From Bacteroidetes bacterium HGW-Bacteroidetes-17 (lineage in GTDB: Bacteria; Bacteroidota; Bacteroidia; Bacteroidales; GCA-2711565): a DNA stretch of 64,000 nt. Below, piece by piece: positions 37,633-47,231 of this stretch. Numbering within the stretch: position 1 is the first letter of the stretch; each line of letters begins with the position of its first letter. The stretch covers positions 3,662-67,661 of the forward strand of contig PHDM01000002.1 in NCBI GenBank assembly GCA_002840985.1, read 5' to 3'. The position numbers were made by a program, and so were the translations under genes. The notes under the pieces are model-generated. The model was not told the DNA's origin, did no database searches, and saw only the letters and a list, made by a program, of their open reading frames with translations.

Positions 37633-38312
37633 AATTAAAAAATTTGGTTAATAAATAATTTGGTTCATAAATTGTTTGCTATATGATAAGTTTTCACATC
37701 CAACGATTCTGCTTACATATAGTAGTATTTGAGGGTGCAAAATAGGAAATTAGCTAGCAATTAACAAAAAATTAACAAAAAAAATAACTATATATAACTA
37801 TTTAGTTTAAGTATAAATGAGAATATTTGGCATTCTGAGGCTCGTAAATAGTTGAATAAAAGTAGTTAACACCATTCAAATAATGATTTGATGTATTATT
37901 TAAGAGATTAAAAATCAATTAATAGTTTATTCATTATTTTAGTTAGAGATTGATTTATTGTGCTGGAAAGAAATTGATCAAAAAAAACATTTATAGATAT
38001 TAACTAAAATAACCAAAAAAAAGCTTAAAATCATGAATTCCTTACAATTAATATCATCATATGTTATTGGTAATGGAATGGTACCCGAATTATTGTCTTT
38101 AAACAGTGCGCAGTTACCGCCTAAAGTAACAGGAAAATAATTGATAGATCCGTAAGTAGTTTCTTTTTATCAATTTGTAAAAGGAAAGCAAATTCTAATA
38201 TAACGCTTAAATCATGAAATTTAGATCCTTCATCATTAATCTTATCTAAATTTCTCAAAATATTTCATTATATTTACGCATTATCACATAAATATTAACC
38301 GAGTTTTATACA

Positions 38313-39023
38313 ATGAAAAAAGAAGTTCTATTTCTCTGTTTTATGATTTTAGGCAGTTTAAGTTTTGCTCAAGTCATTAAGGTTGAAGTTCCCCGAGGTG
38401 CACGTGCCGAATCCACAGATCTTATTGATGGGGTAGCTACACATAATTATTCCACCAAAAGCAAGATTCCTATCAATGGAATTCCATTTTTAAATGAAAA
38501 TTTTACCAGCGGGGTTTTAGAACTTCATGATGGCAGCAAATCCGAAGAGGTACTTTTACGTTATAATATTTCAAGAGATTTATTTGAGATTCTCAGAAAT
38601 AATGATACACTTACTTTAAATCGCCCGTTTGCGGTAAAATATGTTTATCTTGATGATAAGGTGTTTATTTTCGACCCAAAGCTAAGAGAAGATGCTGAAA
38701 GAATTTTTAATGGTTATTTTCAATTAAGAGTTGACGGAAAGTTATCTTTTTATATTAAACGACGTAAGGATTTATCGTATGACAGTTTTGCACAAAACTA
38801 TCAAGGGGGCAGCGGGACAAAAGAGTATTATTATATTGAAAAAGTGAGCTTTGTTGGAAAATCAACCGACGGGAAAGCATTTTTGATTACTTCAACCAAA
38901 AGTCTCTTAAACAATTTAAAAGATCACAAACCTGAAGTAAAAGCGTTTATAAAAGAAAATAAGATTAAGTTTAAAAAGGAAGAAGATATTGTCAGAGTGA
39001 TTGAATATTATAATAGTTTATGA
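38313..39023 (+). CDS. Secreted hypothetical protein (paralog of 31832-32548)
   Basis: 236 aa with signal peptide ...SLSFAQ. Conserved blocks shared with 31832-32548. Confidence 0.6.
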   Translation: MKKEVLFLCFMILGSLSFAQVIKVEVPRGARAESTDLIDGVATHNYSTKSKIPINGIPFLNENFTSGVLELHDGSKSEEVLLRYNISRDLFEILRNNDTLTLNRPFAVKYVYLDDKVFIFDPKLREDAERIFNGYFQLRVDGKLSFYIKRRKDLSYDSFAQNYQGGSGTKEYYYIEKVSFVGKSTDGKAFLITSTKSLLNNLKDHKPEVKAFIKENKIKFKKEEDIVRVIEYYNSL

Positions 39024-39164
39024 TAGAAATATTACTGATAATTTGCAAGTTCATGATTTTAAATTAATTTCTCTTAACTTAATATCTAGCGCAAATTGCA
39101 TGTATTTTGTTTAATAATTTTTGAATTGCAAAATATTATCAAGCTTACTCTAAACTAATATTTA

Positions 39165-39893
39165 ATGAAACCTAAACTGGCTTTTCTAATTGCTATTTGT
39201 CTGTTTGTTGTTTATACAAGTCTTGCTCAGGGAAAAAAGCAATCTAACAAAACAGTACTCAAGGGACTCGTTACCGATACCGAAGGCATCCCAATTCAAA
39301 ATGCATCTGTTTTTGTGGATGGTAAAAATTGCAAAGTTTTAAGCGACGCCGATGGTTTATTTGAGCTAGAACTTAAATCAGGAGTAAAAAAAATTGCGGT
39401 TTATACGATGCCTCAAGGGGCAACTGAAGTAGCTTATGTTGGACAAGCGAAAATAATTTTTGTATTGCCTTCATCCAATAAAATATTGGCGGATTCATTA
39501 AACGAACCCAAGATGAAGGAAATTAATAAAGTAAATACAGATTATTTCAATGCCCACAAGAAGAACTTATCAAAAAATGTTAGTGAAATCAATAAAAACA
39601 CAATAAAAAATGCTGATCATTACGTCACAATTTATGATATGATACGAGGTGAGGTTGCTGGTGTAAATGTATATGGAAGCACAATTACCATTCGTGGAGC
39701 ATCATCCCTGGTTTTAAGTAATGAACCACTTCTTCTTGTGAATGGCATGCCGGTCAGGAGTCTCGATCATATTTCCCCATCTCAGGTTAAATCCATTAAA
39801 GTCCTAAAAGGACCCTCCGCTGCTATTTACGGAGCTCGCGGAGCAAATGGTGTAATTGTAATTGATCTTAAAACTGATGTTGATAATCATTAA
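39165..39893 (+). CDS. Stand-alone CarboxypepD_reg plus partial TonB-dependent-receptor plug protein (no beta-barrel)
   Basis: 242 aa. Signal peptide, LKGLVTDTEGIPIQNASVFVDG, then TIRGASSL...PLLLVNGMPV...IKVLKGPSAAIYGARGANGVIVIDLK. The ORF stops where the SusC barrel would begin, and only 175 nt remain before the next gene. Confidence 0.7.
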   Translation: MKPKLAFLIAICLFVVYTSLAQGKKQSNKTVLKGLVTDTEGIPIQNASVFVDGKNCKVLSDADGLFELELKSGVKKIAVYTMPQGATEVAYVGQAKIIFVLPSSNKILADSLNEPKMKEINKVNTDYFNAHKKNLSKNVSEINKNTIKNADHYVTIYDMIRGEVAGVNVYGSTITIRGASSLVLSNEPLLLVNGMPVRSLDHISPSQVKSIKVLKGPSAAIYGARGANGVIVIDLKTDVDNH

Positions 39894-39993
39894 TTTGATC
39901 AAAAGAATTCAATAATATTTCAACCTATTTGTTTAAAAAATTCTATAAGCAAATTTTGCCTGTATTTTGTCAGGGAAAATTCAATGAATCATT

Positions 39994-40030
39994 AAAAAAG
40001 GGGAATCTCAAATTTTGAGATTCCCCTTAT
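39994..40030. terminator. Bidirectional terminator hairpin
   Basis: GGGGAATCTCAAA / TTTGAGATTCCCC near-perfect palindrome (40000-40026). Preceded by A6 and followed by TTAT. Lies between convergent genes. Confidence 0.75.
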
Positions 40031-40068
40031 ACAAAAATTTAATAAAAATCTACATTGTGATGATATTT

Positions 40069-41046
40069 TTATCTTTTAACTACTTTTCTTAAAGGTGTTG
40101 TACCTTTAATTACAGCAGATTTTGTGCTTCCAGATAAAGTAATATTAGCCGTTAAATATCCAATACCTCCAAGATAAGAGGCATAGGTTGCAGCCAAACC
40201 TTTTACATCACCAGGATAGTAAATATCATAATTGATTAATAAAGTAGGTTTAGCACCACAATTGGTCCATTTACCACTGCCTTGGATTTCATAGTCATAA
40301 GGAGCACCGCCATAGATGGTTGTGTAAATATATTGTCGTGGAATATCAACCAAACCATTTCCCGAGACCGTCATATTAAAAGTTCCACCGGCAATAACCG
40401 CTTCACCCCAAAAATCATTGATAAAACCAACGCTCATACCGGAAACGGCCAATTTAGTTCCGCTAACGGCAGTGCTGATTTGACTTGAGTAGGAATAATC
40501 ACCCTGTCCGTCAGTTCCTGACCAGGAACCTACTAAATCTGCAACTCCATTCGCTAGAGGACAAAATTCAATCCTTTTAATATTATAAGTAAGTTGAACC
40601 GCTTTAGCGTTCGGATTATTATGCTCACCAGCATCCATATTCAGTACAAATTTTTTGGTTTGGCCAACAGGCATGTTTGCAGCTTTGGTTGAAAAAGTAA
40701 CTGCACCCGAAGTTTTTCCAGCAGGAATAGTTATGCTATTCGCTGACAGTGTATACATACTGGAAGTTAAGGTGCTAGATGGATCCAAAACAAGATTAAC
40801 TGTAATATCCTGTGCTTGAGGTGTTCCCATCAATACAACTGCAATCGAGCTTGTAACTTCTACTAATCCACCTGCCTCAGTAACTCCGGTTTCAGCAGTT
40901 TTAGAAGCATTTATAAACTGCAGATAATAAGTTGCATTTGGGTCAGGGGCATTGCTGTTTTCATCAAAGTATGTTATTTTATCGCACGCAACAAAAAGAG
41001 CTCCGACAGCGATAAAAACAAACATTAATTTAAATATATTTTTCAT
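40069..41046 (-). CDS. PUL-associated surface lipoprotein (hypothetical, SusE/F position)
   Basis: 325 aa. Lipobox LFVACDK, beta-rich Thr/Ser/Gly-rich sequence. Third gene after SusC/SusD. Confidence 0.6.
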   Translation of the reverse strand: MKNIFKLMFVFIAVGALFVACDKITYFDENSNAPDPNATYYLQFINASKTAETGVTEAGGLVEVTSSIAVVLMGTPQAQDITVNLVLDPSSTLTSSMYTLSANSITIPAGKTSGAVTFSTKAANMPVGQTKKFVLNMDAGEHNNPNAKAVQLTYNIKRIEFCPLANGVADLVGSWSGTDGQGDYSYSSQISTAVSGTKLAVSGMSVGFINDFWGEAVIAGGTFNMTVSGNGLVDIPRQYIYTTIYGGAPYDYEIQGSGKWTNCGAKPTLLINYDIYYPGDVKGLAATYASYLGGIGYLTANITLSGSTKSAVIKGTTPLRKVVKR

Positions 41047-41081
41047 ATTTTTTTGTTTTAATTATTAATTAACGAAACTTC

Positions 41082-42467
41082 TTATCTGTCCCACCAAAGT
41101 TTGTCACTAATCTGCACAGATGGAACATTTGCACTGTTGTAATTAATTTCACTCTGAGCATAAGGAAAACGTGTTGGGATTGCTGGAAGAACGCCGTCAG
41201 GATGAGGTGTAATTGCAGGCAAACCTGTTCTTCTGTAATCTGCATAAGCCTGATTAGTTCCAAAAGTAGCAATATACTTTTGTTTCATAATAAGGTCGAG
41301 AGTTACAGAAACTCCAGTAATGTTAGCAGCTAACCATGTTGCATTAGCCGAACCTGTTACTTTAAGAACAGATGCAGCAACCGCAGCTTCAAAAGCAGCC
41401 TGAGCCGCAGCAGTATTTCCTAATCTGAAATTAGCTTCTGCCTGAATAAATTTAAGCTCAGCATACGACATTATTACGGATGAAGCAGTAGCTCCGGCAA
41501 TATAAGCACCAGGTTTTGAAGCATTTTCATTTAATGAGCCAATAACACTGCCATTATAAGCACCATTGCCATCTTTTGCACAATAGAAAGGAATACGAGG
41601 ATCATTAGTAAGCTTCATCATATCAACCATAGTGGCACCCATACGAATATCTGTACGTTGCTCCATAAATTGAAAAATAGGGTTATGATTAGCGTTTTCC
41701 CATGGTACCTGATAATCGTCAGCGTTGGAAGCAAATCCGTTGGCAGCAGCATCCAGCGCAGCAGTATAGGCAGCATTCCCATTAACACCGGCTAATTGAA
41801 GCGCATGACGTGCTTTTATTGAATAAGCAGCTTTTTTCCATTTTGAAACATTTCCAGCATAAATAACATCACCAGCAACAGCTACGGCATTTGCAGTAGC
41901 ACTTAAATCTGCAATAGCAGCATCAAGTGTTGAATTAAGGACACCGTATAGCGATTCTTGTGAATCATAAGTAGGTGTTAAAACGTTTGTATTTCCATTG
42001 AGAGCTTCGCTGAATGGCATGTCACCAAATACATCAGTGGCAATTCCAAGAGTGGTAGCCGTAATAACTTTGCCAATACCGGCATAATAAGGAGATACTT
42101 TACCTTCTGTATTTTCAGCTTTATCAATTAACACTTTAGAATTCATGAAAATTTCTGTATAGATAGAAGTCCATGTGTTATTAATATCGGCTGGTAAATA
42201 AGTGTATTGAGCTTGATTTAATGATTGACGAACAACGCCATCAAACTGCTGCATCCACATATTTGTAGTACGAACGATATCGTTTCCTGTCATATTGTAA
42301 CCCATTGATTGCTCAATTGCTGGAAGCATTAATTTCATTGGTACATCTGCAGGGGAATCCGGATCGATATTGATATCAGTGTCGATCCACTTTGAACATG
42401 AAGAAAGAACCAGGATAAAGACAAATGTCAATCCTAGTGCTCTAAAAATAATATTGTATTTTTTCAT
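41082..42467 (-). CDS. SusD-like (SusD_2-type) outer-membrane lipoprotein
   Basis: 461 aa. Lipobox LVLSSCSKW; helical Ala-rich SusD-like pattern. Directly downstream of SusC. Confidence 0.85.
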   Translation of the reverse strand: MKKYNIIFRALGLTFVFILVLSSCSKWIDTDINIDPDSPADVPMKLMLPAIEQSMGYNMTGNDIVRTTNMWMQQFDGVVRQSLNQAQYTYLPADINNTWTSIYTEIFMNSKVLIDKAENTEGKVSPYYAGIGKVITATTLGIATDVFGDMPFSEALNGNTNVLTPTYDSQESLYGVLNSTLDAAIADLSATANAVAVAGDVIYAGNVSKWKKAAYSIKARHALQLAGVNGNAAYTAALDAAANGFASNADDYQVPWENANHNPIFQFMEQRTDIRMGATMVDMMKLTNDPRIPFYCAKDGNGAYNGSVIGSLNENASKPGAYIAGATASSVIMSYAELKFIQAEANFRLGNTAAAQAAFEAAVAASVLKVTGSANATWLAANITGVSVTLDLIMKQKYIATFGTNQAYADYRRTGLPAITPHPDGVLPAIPTRFPYAQSEINYNSANVPSVQISDKLWWDR

Positions 42468-42490
42468 AATGATTTAATTTTTAAGGTTAG

Positions 42491-45400
42491 TTAAAAGGTT
42501 ACTTTTAAACCGAACAGATACGTTTTAGAACCTGGGTTATTAAAGTAATCCATCCCTTGCCCGTTTGTTGCACCCTGAAGGTTTGTTTCAGGATCAATAC
42601 CTGTATAAGGTGTAAAAAGCAACAAATTCTTGCCTGTAAAGTAAAGTTGAGCATTTTTAATAAATGTTTTCTTTATCGGCAGATCATAGCTCAAAGTGAT
42701 ATCTCTTAATCTGATCCAACTGGCATCTTCCATAGCAGCAACAGAAGGTCCGCTAGCGAAGTTACTACCACCGCCTGAAGTATACCAGGCCTGATCTAAT
42801 ACTACAGGAGTGACATTTTTCACACCAGTACCAACAGGATTTCCGTTAGCATCTAAATGTCCATAAACACCCTCCATTACAATGATGTTTTGTGAAGGTG
42901 TTCTGTCAAAATCAATTGTTCCCTCAGGAGTATAATATACTTCACGAGTTTCTGTAGCTTTAGAAGTACCAAAATAGTTCATAGCAAAGCCGGTACCATT
43001 ATACATCATTCCACCACTCTTGATATCCCACATAAACGACAAGGTTAATTTTTTGTATTTAATGGTATTTGTTATGTTTGCAGTCCAATCAGGTTGAGTA
43101 TTTCCGATAGGTACCATAGAACGAGTATCCTGCCATGGATATCCATCGCGGAAGTTGTCTGTTGGGTCATCATTAATTAAGACATTGCCATTTTCATCTC
43201 TGTACCAATCATTTCCAAAAACACTTCCGTATGCTTGACCAGCCACGGCGCGAACCTGAGGTACGGTAAACCCACCTAAGAACAGATTATCAACACCTTC
43301 AGCCAATTTTATAACTGTATTCTTTAATTTGGTAAAGTTAGCAAATACGTCCCATTGGAAATCTTTTGTTTTAGCAATAGTAGCATCAATACTAAGTTCA
43401 ACACCTTTAGACTCCATTTGTGCAGCATTCATATAAACAGATGTAAATCCTGATGAAGGAGCAATAGGAACAGACATTAAAAGATCTGTGTTATTATTGT
43501 TGAAATAAGATGCATCGATTCCGAGTTTGTTATCAAATAACCGAAGATCCATACCAACTTCCCAAGAATCCATGGTTTCGTGCTTCAAATCCGGGTTTCC
43601 TAATCCTGAACCTAGTTGGAAACCGGTATTTCCTTGATAAGGGAATCCTACACCATTTGTCCAACCATCACCTGTACCGGCAGCAAAGAAATAATTAGAA
43701 GTATTGTATGAACCGGCTATGTTAGCTGTACGTGCTATAGAGGCTCTCAGTTTACCAAAAGATAGTATTTTATTTCCTTTAAGTGATTCCAGTTCTGTGA
43801 AAACAAAACCTAAACTAACTGAAGGATAGAATGCAGATAAATTAGCTTTTGGCATAGTAGTTGACCAATCATTACGGCCTGTAATCCCTAAATAAAGCAT
43901 ATTTTTATAGGCGAAGCTTACATCAGCAAAAACAGCCATAGTGCGGTAATTACCAATGCCTGAACTAACAGTATTATTTGCAGAGTTGGATAATTGATAA
44001 AACTCAGGGATTTCTAATGTGCTGGCATCTCCATATAAAAATTTGCTAAAGGAAGAAAACGCATTGGCACCAAGAGTAGCTTTGATGTTTAAATTTTCGT
44101 TAAGGTCTTTCTGGAAATTTAACAAAAGATCGGAATTAAATACACCTGCATAGTTCATATACTCATCCATATAACCGGTAGGATAAGCCCTAGAATTTAT
44201 TGCAAATCTATTCTGGTATCTTCTGGTATACCAGTCGACTCCGGCATTATATGACAAACTGAGGAAATCGGTGAAACGAACATTCACGTTTCCACTACCC
44301 GTAAAACGGTTAACGTTTTCATCAAAAGCAATTTTATTTGCTGTCCAGTAAGGGTTGTCGTAACCACCGCCATTACGATAGTTCCGTTGTGTTCCATCAG
44401 GGAACTCATAGCCGGCGCTATTGTCAAAGGTTGAGGCTGTTCTAACCAAACCCAGCATAATACCTGAAACGTTTGACCCTTTTTGAATTTGGGTTGCAAC
44501 AGAGTTTGTATATGCGAAATCTGCACCAACAGTAACTTTACTGCTCAATTTATTTGTTGCATTTAATCGTAAGGTTGTTCTTCCAAAATGGTTGTTAGGA
44601 ACAATCCCATTTTGGTCTAAATTGGATATAGAAAAGTAAAAACTTCCTTGATCATTTCCATTACTGATACTTATCCCATTATTAGTTGAAATACCTGTTT
44701 GGAAAAACTCGTAAGGGTCGTAATACATTGCAGGCATGCCGTTACCGGTTCCTTTAGGAACAAGGCGTCCATTTGGATCCCATTTGTAAGTGGCATCACC
44801 ATCATATTCCAGATCAGCAATTTTAGCTCCAAATGACATAGCGTTACCACCGGCCCATGCACCGTTATAACCTTGAGACCACATGGTTTGGCGTTCCTGT
44901 GTTTGCGAAATTACATCGAAACCAACAGAAGTATGGAACTCGATTTTTTTTGCTTGCAATTGTTTCCCTGATTTGGTAGTAATTACCAAAGCGCCGTTCG
45001 CTGCTCTAACACCGTATAGGGCAGTTGCAGCACCTCCTTTAAGAACCGTGATAGATTCTATATCTTCAGGGTTTAAGTCGATTGAGCGGCTTGAAGTAGT
45101 TACTCCACCAACTCCGCCTGATCCACCACCGGAAATAATCGGCATTCCGTTGACAACGAACAAAGGCTGGTTATTACCGGTAATAGAAGCATTACCACGA
45201 ATAGTAATAAAAGTAGAAGCTCCCGCATCACCGGCTGAACTAATAATTGAAACCCCAGAGGTCCGACCTGCCAAACTGTTTACAATATCAGCATTTGGTT
45301 TGCCAGAAAGAATGTCATTGTTAACTGTCTGAACATTATAGCCCAGCTCTTTCTTTTCTCTGGAAATACCAATTGCCGTAACCACAACTTCATCCATCAA

Positions 45401-45706
45401 TCTAATGTCAGGTTCAAGAACTACATTGATTTCGGTTTGTGTTCCGATGGCAACATCTTGAGTTATCATTCCAACAAACTGGAAGCGAAGATGAGTGTAC
45501 GAATCCTTGAGAGAGATTGAATACTTACCATCAAGATTAGTTGTTACACCTATCGTTGTGCCTGGAACCACTACGGTTACACCAGGAATGGGCAAACCAT
45601 CTTCAGAACTGGTAACAGTACCAGTAATTACTTTTGTTTGCGCATTGGCTATTCCTATACTCGTTATAAAAAACAAGCATGTAAGCCAAATTGTAAATTT
45701 TCTCAT
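42491..45706 (-). CDS. SusC/RagA family TonB-linked outer-membrane transporter (paralog)
   Basis: 1071 aa. The first ~120 aa are nearly identical to the other SusC. Plug motif VLKGGAATALYGVRAANGALVITTKSG; C-terminal F. Confidence 0.93.
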   Translation of the reverse strand: MRKFTIWLTCLFFITSIGIANAQTKVITGTVTSSEDGLPIPGVTVVVPGTTIGVTTNLDGKYSISLKDSYTHLRFQFVGMITQDVAIGTQTEINVVLEPDIRLMDEVVVTAIGISREKKELGYNVQTVNNDILSGKPNADIVNSLAGRTSGVSIISSAGDAGASTFITIRGNASITGNNQPLFVVNGMPIISGGGSGGVGGVTTSSRSIDLNPEDIESITVLKGGAATALYGVRAANGALVITTKSGKQLQAKKIEFHTSVGFDVISQTQERQTMWSQGYNGAWAGGNAMSFGAKIADLEYDGDATYKWDPNGRLVPKGTGNGMPAMYYDPYEFFQTGISTNNGISISNGNDQGSFYFSISNLDQNGIVPNNHFGRTTLRLNATNKLSSKVTVGADFAYTNSVATQIQKGSNVSGIMLGLVRTASTFDNSAGYEFPDGTQRNYRNGGGYDNPYWTANKIAFDENVNRFTGSGNVNVRFTDFLSLSYNAGVDWYTRRYQNRFAINSRAYPTGYMDEYMNYAGVFNSDLLLNFQKDLNENLNIKATLGANAFSSFSKFLYGDASTLEIPEFYQLSNSANNTVSSGIGNYRTMAVFADVSFAYKNMLYLGITGRNDWSTTMPKANLSAFYPSVSLGFVFTELESLKGNKILSFGKLRASIARTANIAGSYNTSNYFFAAGTGDGWTNGVGFPYQGNTGFQLGSGLGNPDLKHETMDSWEVGMDLRLFDNKLGIDASYFNNNNTDLLMSVPIAPSSGFTSVYMNAAQMESKGVELSIDATIAKTKDFQWDVFANFTKLKNTVIKLAEGVDNLFLGGFTVPQVRAVAGQAYGSVFGNDWYRDENGNVLINDDPTDNFRDGYPWQDTRSMVPIGNTQPDWTANITNTIKYKKLTLSFMWDIKSGGMMYNGTGFAMNYFGTSKATETREVYYTPEGTIDFDRTPSQNIIVMEGVYGHLDANGNPVGTGVKNVTPVVLDQAWYTSGGGSNFASGPSVAAMEDASWIRLRDITLSYDLPIKKTFIKNAQLYFTGKNLLLFTPYTGIDPETNLQGATNGQGMDYFNNPGSKTYLFGLKVTF

Positions 45707-46111
45707 AATTAATAGATTTGGTTAATAAAATATTTGGTTTTGTGTTAGTATATTAGACAGAAATCTAATTTTTTGCATCTTTTTACTTAAAGATTTATGT
45801 CATTAGTATAAATAATGATGAAAAATATAAAAAATAATGATATGTAGCAAATTAATTTAGAAAAATGAGGAAAGAAAAAGAGGGAAACAATCTGTAAGCC
45901 ATATCAAATAAGGTTATTGATCATTATTGATGAGGAATAAATTTTGATAACTTTTTTAACGGAAGTATTTTAATCCTATTGATAAAGTATAACACAACAG
46001 GCAGGCATGTGACCATTGCAATCATAATTATCAGCACGTGAAAAGATGTATGGATTATTGAGAATTAAAATAAACCTAACATCATAAAAATAAACTAATG
46101 ATAGTGGAATT

Positions 46112-46504
46112 TTATCTGAATTGCTTAAAATAACTTGCAAACACACAGATAAATAGCAAGTTAATAATAAGGTTGATATAACTAATATCCCAAATAATTG
46201 CCTTGGTTGTAAAATAGGCTATAATGGAAGTGATAAAAAGGATTAATCCTATTCGCTTCAGTTTTCTTATATATAATAACCCTATAATCGATATAATATA
46301 TAGGGTTGCCCCAAAAATACTGAAGATCAAGATTTCATGTTGTCCTATCTCTCGGGGAAAGTAATTTGTTAAAGCCAAAGTGAAGAATTTATTAAATACA
46401 ATCCCAAAAAGATAAATCGTGAGAAATACCAAATTATAAGTCAGCGCTACTACACTTACTATTTTTAATACAAAAGGTTTTTTTAACTGAACTTGTTCTT
46501 CCAT
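46112..46504 (-). CDS. Hypothetical 4-TM membrane protein
   Basis: 130 aa, hydrophobic. Shares the RKLKRIG-type loop and topology with the upstream neighbour. Confidence 0.5.
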   Translation of the reverse strand: MEEQVQLKKPFVLKIVSVVALTYNLVFLTIYLFGIVFNKFFTLALTNYFPREIGQHEILIFSIFGATLYIISIIGLLYIRKLKRIGLILFITSIIAYFTTKAIIWDISYINLIINLLFICVFASYFKQFR

Positions 46505-46525
46505 TTTAATTTTATGTACCAGGCT

Positions 46526-46957
46526 TTAATTCATAAACTTTAAATGACGAAAATAAAACAGGATAAAAGTAGTTGTTAAAAGTACTCCAAAAAGAGGGAA
46601 TTGCTCCGTTTTTACATATAATGAAGGGAGAATTAACAGCAGTATTTGGGCAATTGCATAAGTATGAAATCCAAACTTTTTCAACCGCCACATCAACATT
46701 GCACCATAGAGTGAGAAACTATAAAGGAAAAAGCTTATCAGGTAAAAACTTTTACTAAATGTAAATACAATTTCAGCTCCTGGTAAATTGAGACCTCCAC
46801 TTTCGTAAGTTTCCAATAACATATCAAAACTTAAATGAATAATCAGATTTGAGAAAGCAGCCAACCCACTACCTATGAATGTTAATATACATATAATAGT
46901 CAATGCTTCCGGCCTTTTTTTACCTTCTGTATTTATTATTTCATTATGATCTACCAT
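46526..46957 (-). CDS. Hypothetical 4-TM membrane protein (paralog of 46112-46504)
   Basis: 143 aa, hydrophobic. WRLKKFG loop at the equivalent position. Confidence 0.5.
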   Translation of the reverse strand: MVDHNEIINTEGKKRPEALTIICILTFIGSGLAAFSNLIIHLSFDMLLETYESGGLNLPGAEIVFTFSKSFYLISFFLYSFSLYGAMLMWRLKKFGFHTYAIAQILLLILPSLYVKTEQFPLFGVLLTTTFILFYFRHLKFMN

Positions 46958-47183
46958 GCTTCAAATTTACATTTTTATTCGTGAAACTCAAATTTCAATA
47001 TTCTTAGATCATTGCTGAAATAAAGTTGATTAATATCAAGGTTTTATCAGAGAATAAGGATATTGAAATTTTTTAGTTGAACAATCCCGATTATATCAAA
47101 TAGGATATGGTTTATTGAATGAGAAGAAGTAAAATTAATTTAGATTTTATTGTTTAGCTAATAATCGGGATCGTATCCAAACA

Positions 47184-47214
47184 AAAAGTCCGGCTAAACT
47201 TAACCGGACTTTTT
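47184..47214 (-). terminator. Rho-independent terminator after the HAL-like gene
   Basis: AGTCCGG (47187-47193) pairs with CCGGACT (47204-47210). On the minus strand it is followed by TTTTTGTTT. Confidence 0.7.
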
Positions 47215-47231
47215 GAACAGTTTATGGATTT

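Noticed and set aside
37226-37651. 141-aa and 76-aa plus-strand ORFs (37226-37651, 45495-45725) with similar C-termini
   Set aside because: They are antisense shadows of the two SusC 5' ends. Their mutual similarity only reflects the near-identical SusC N-terminal coding sequence.
38033-38140. 35-codon ORF (MNSLQLISSYVIGNGMVPELL...) in the 680-bp AT-rich region upstream of SusC
   Set aside because: No signal peptide, motif or conservation evidence is available. It is short enough to occur by chance in a long AT-rich spacer.
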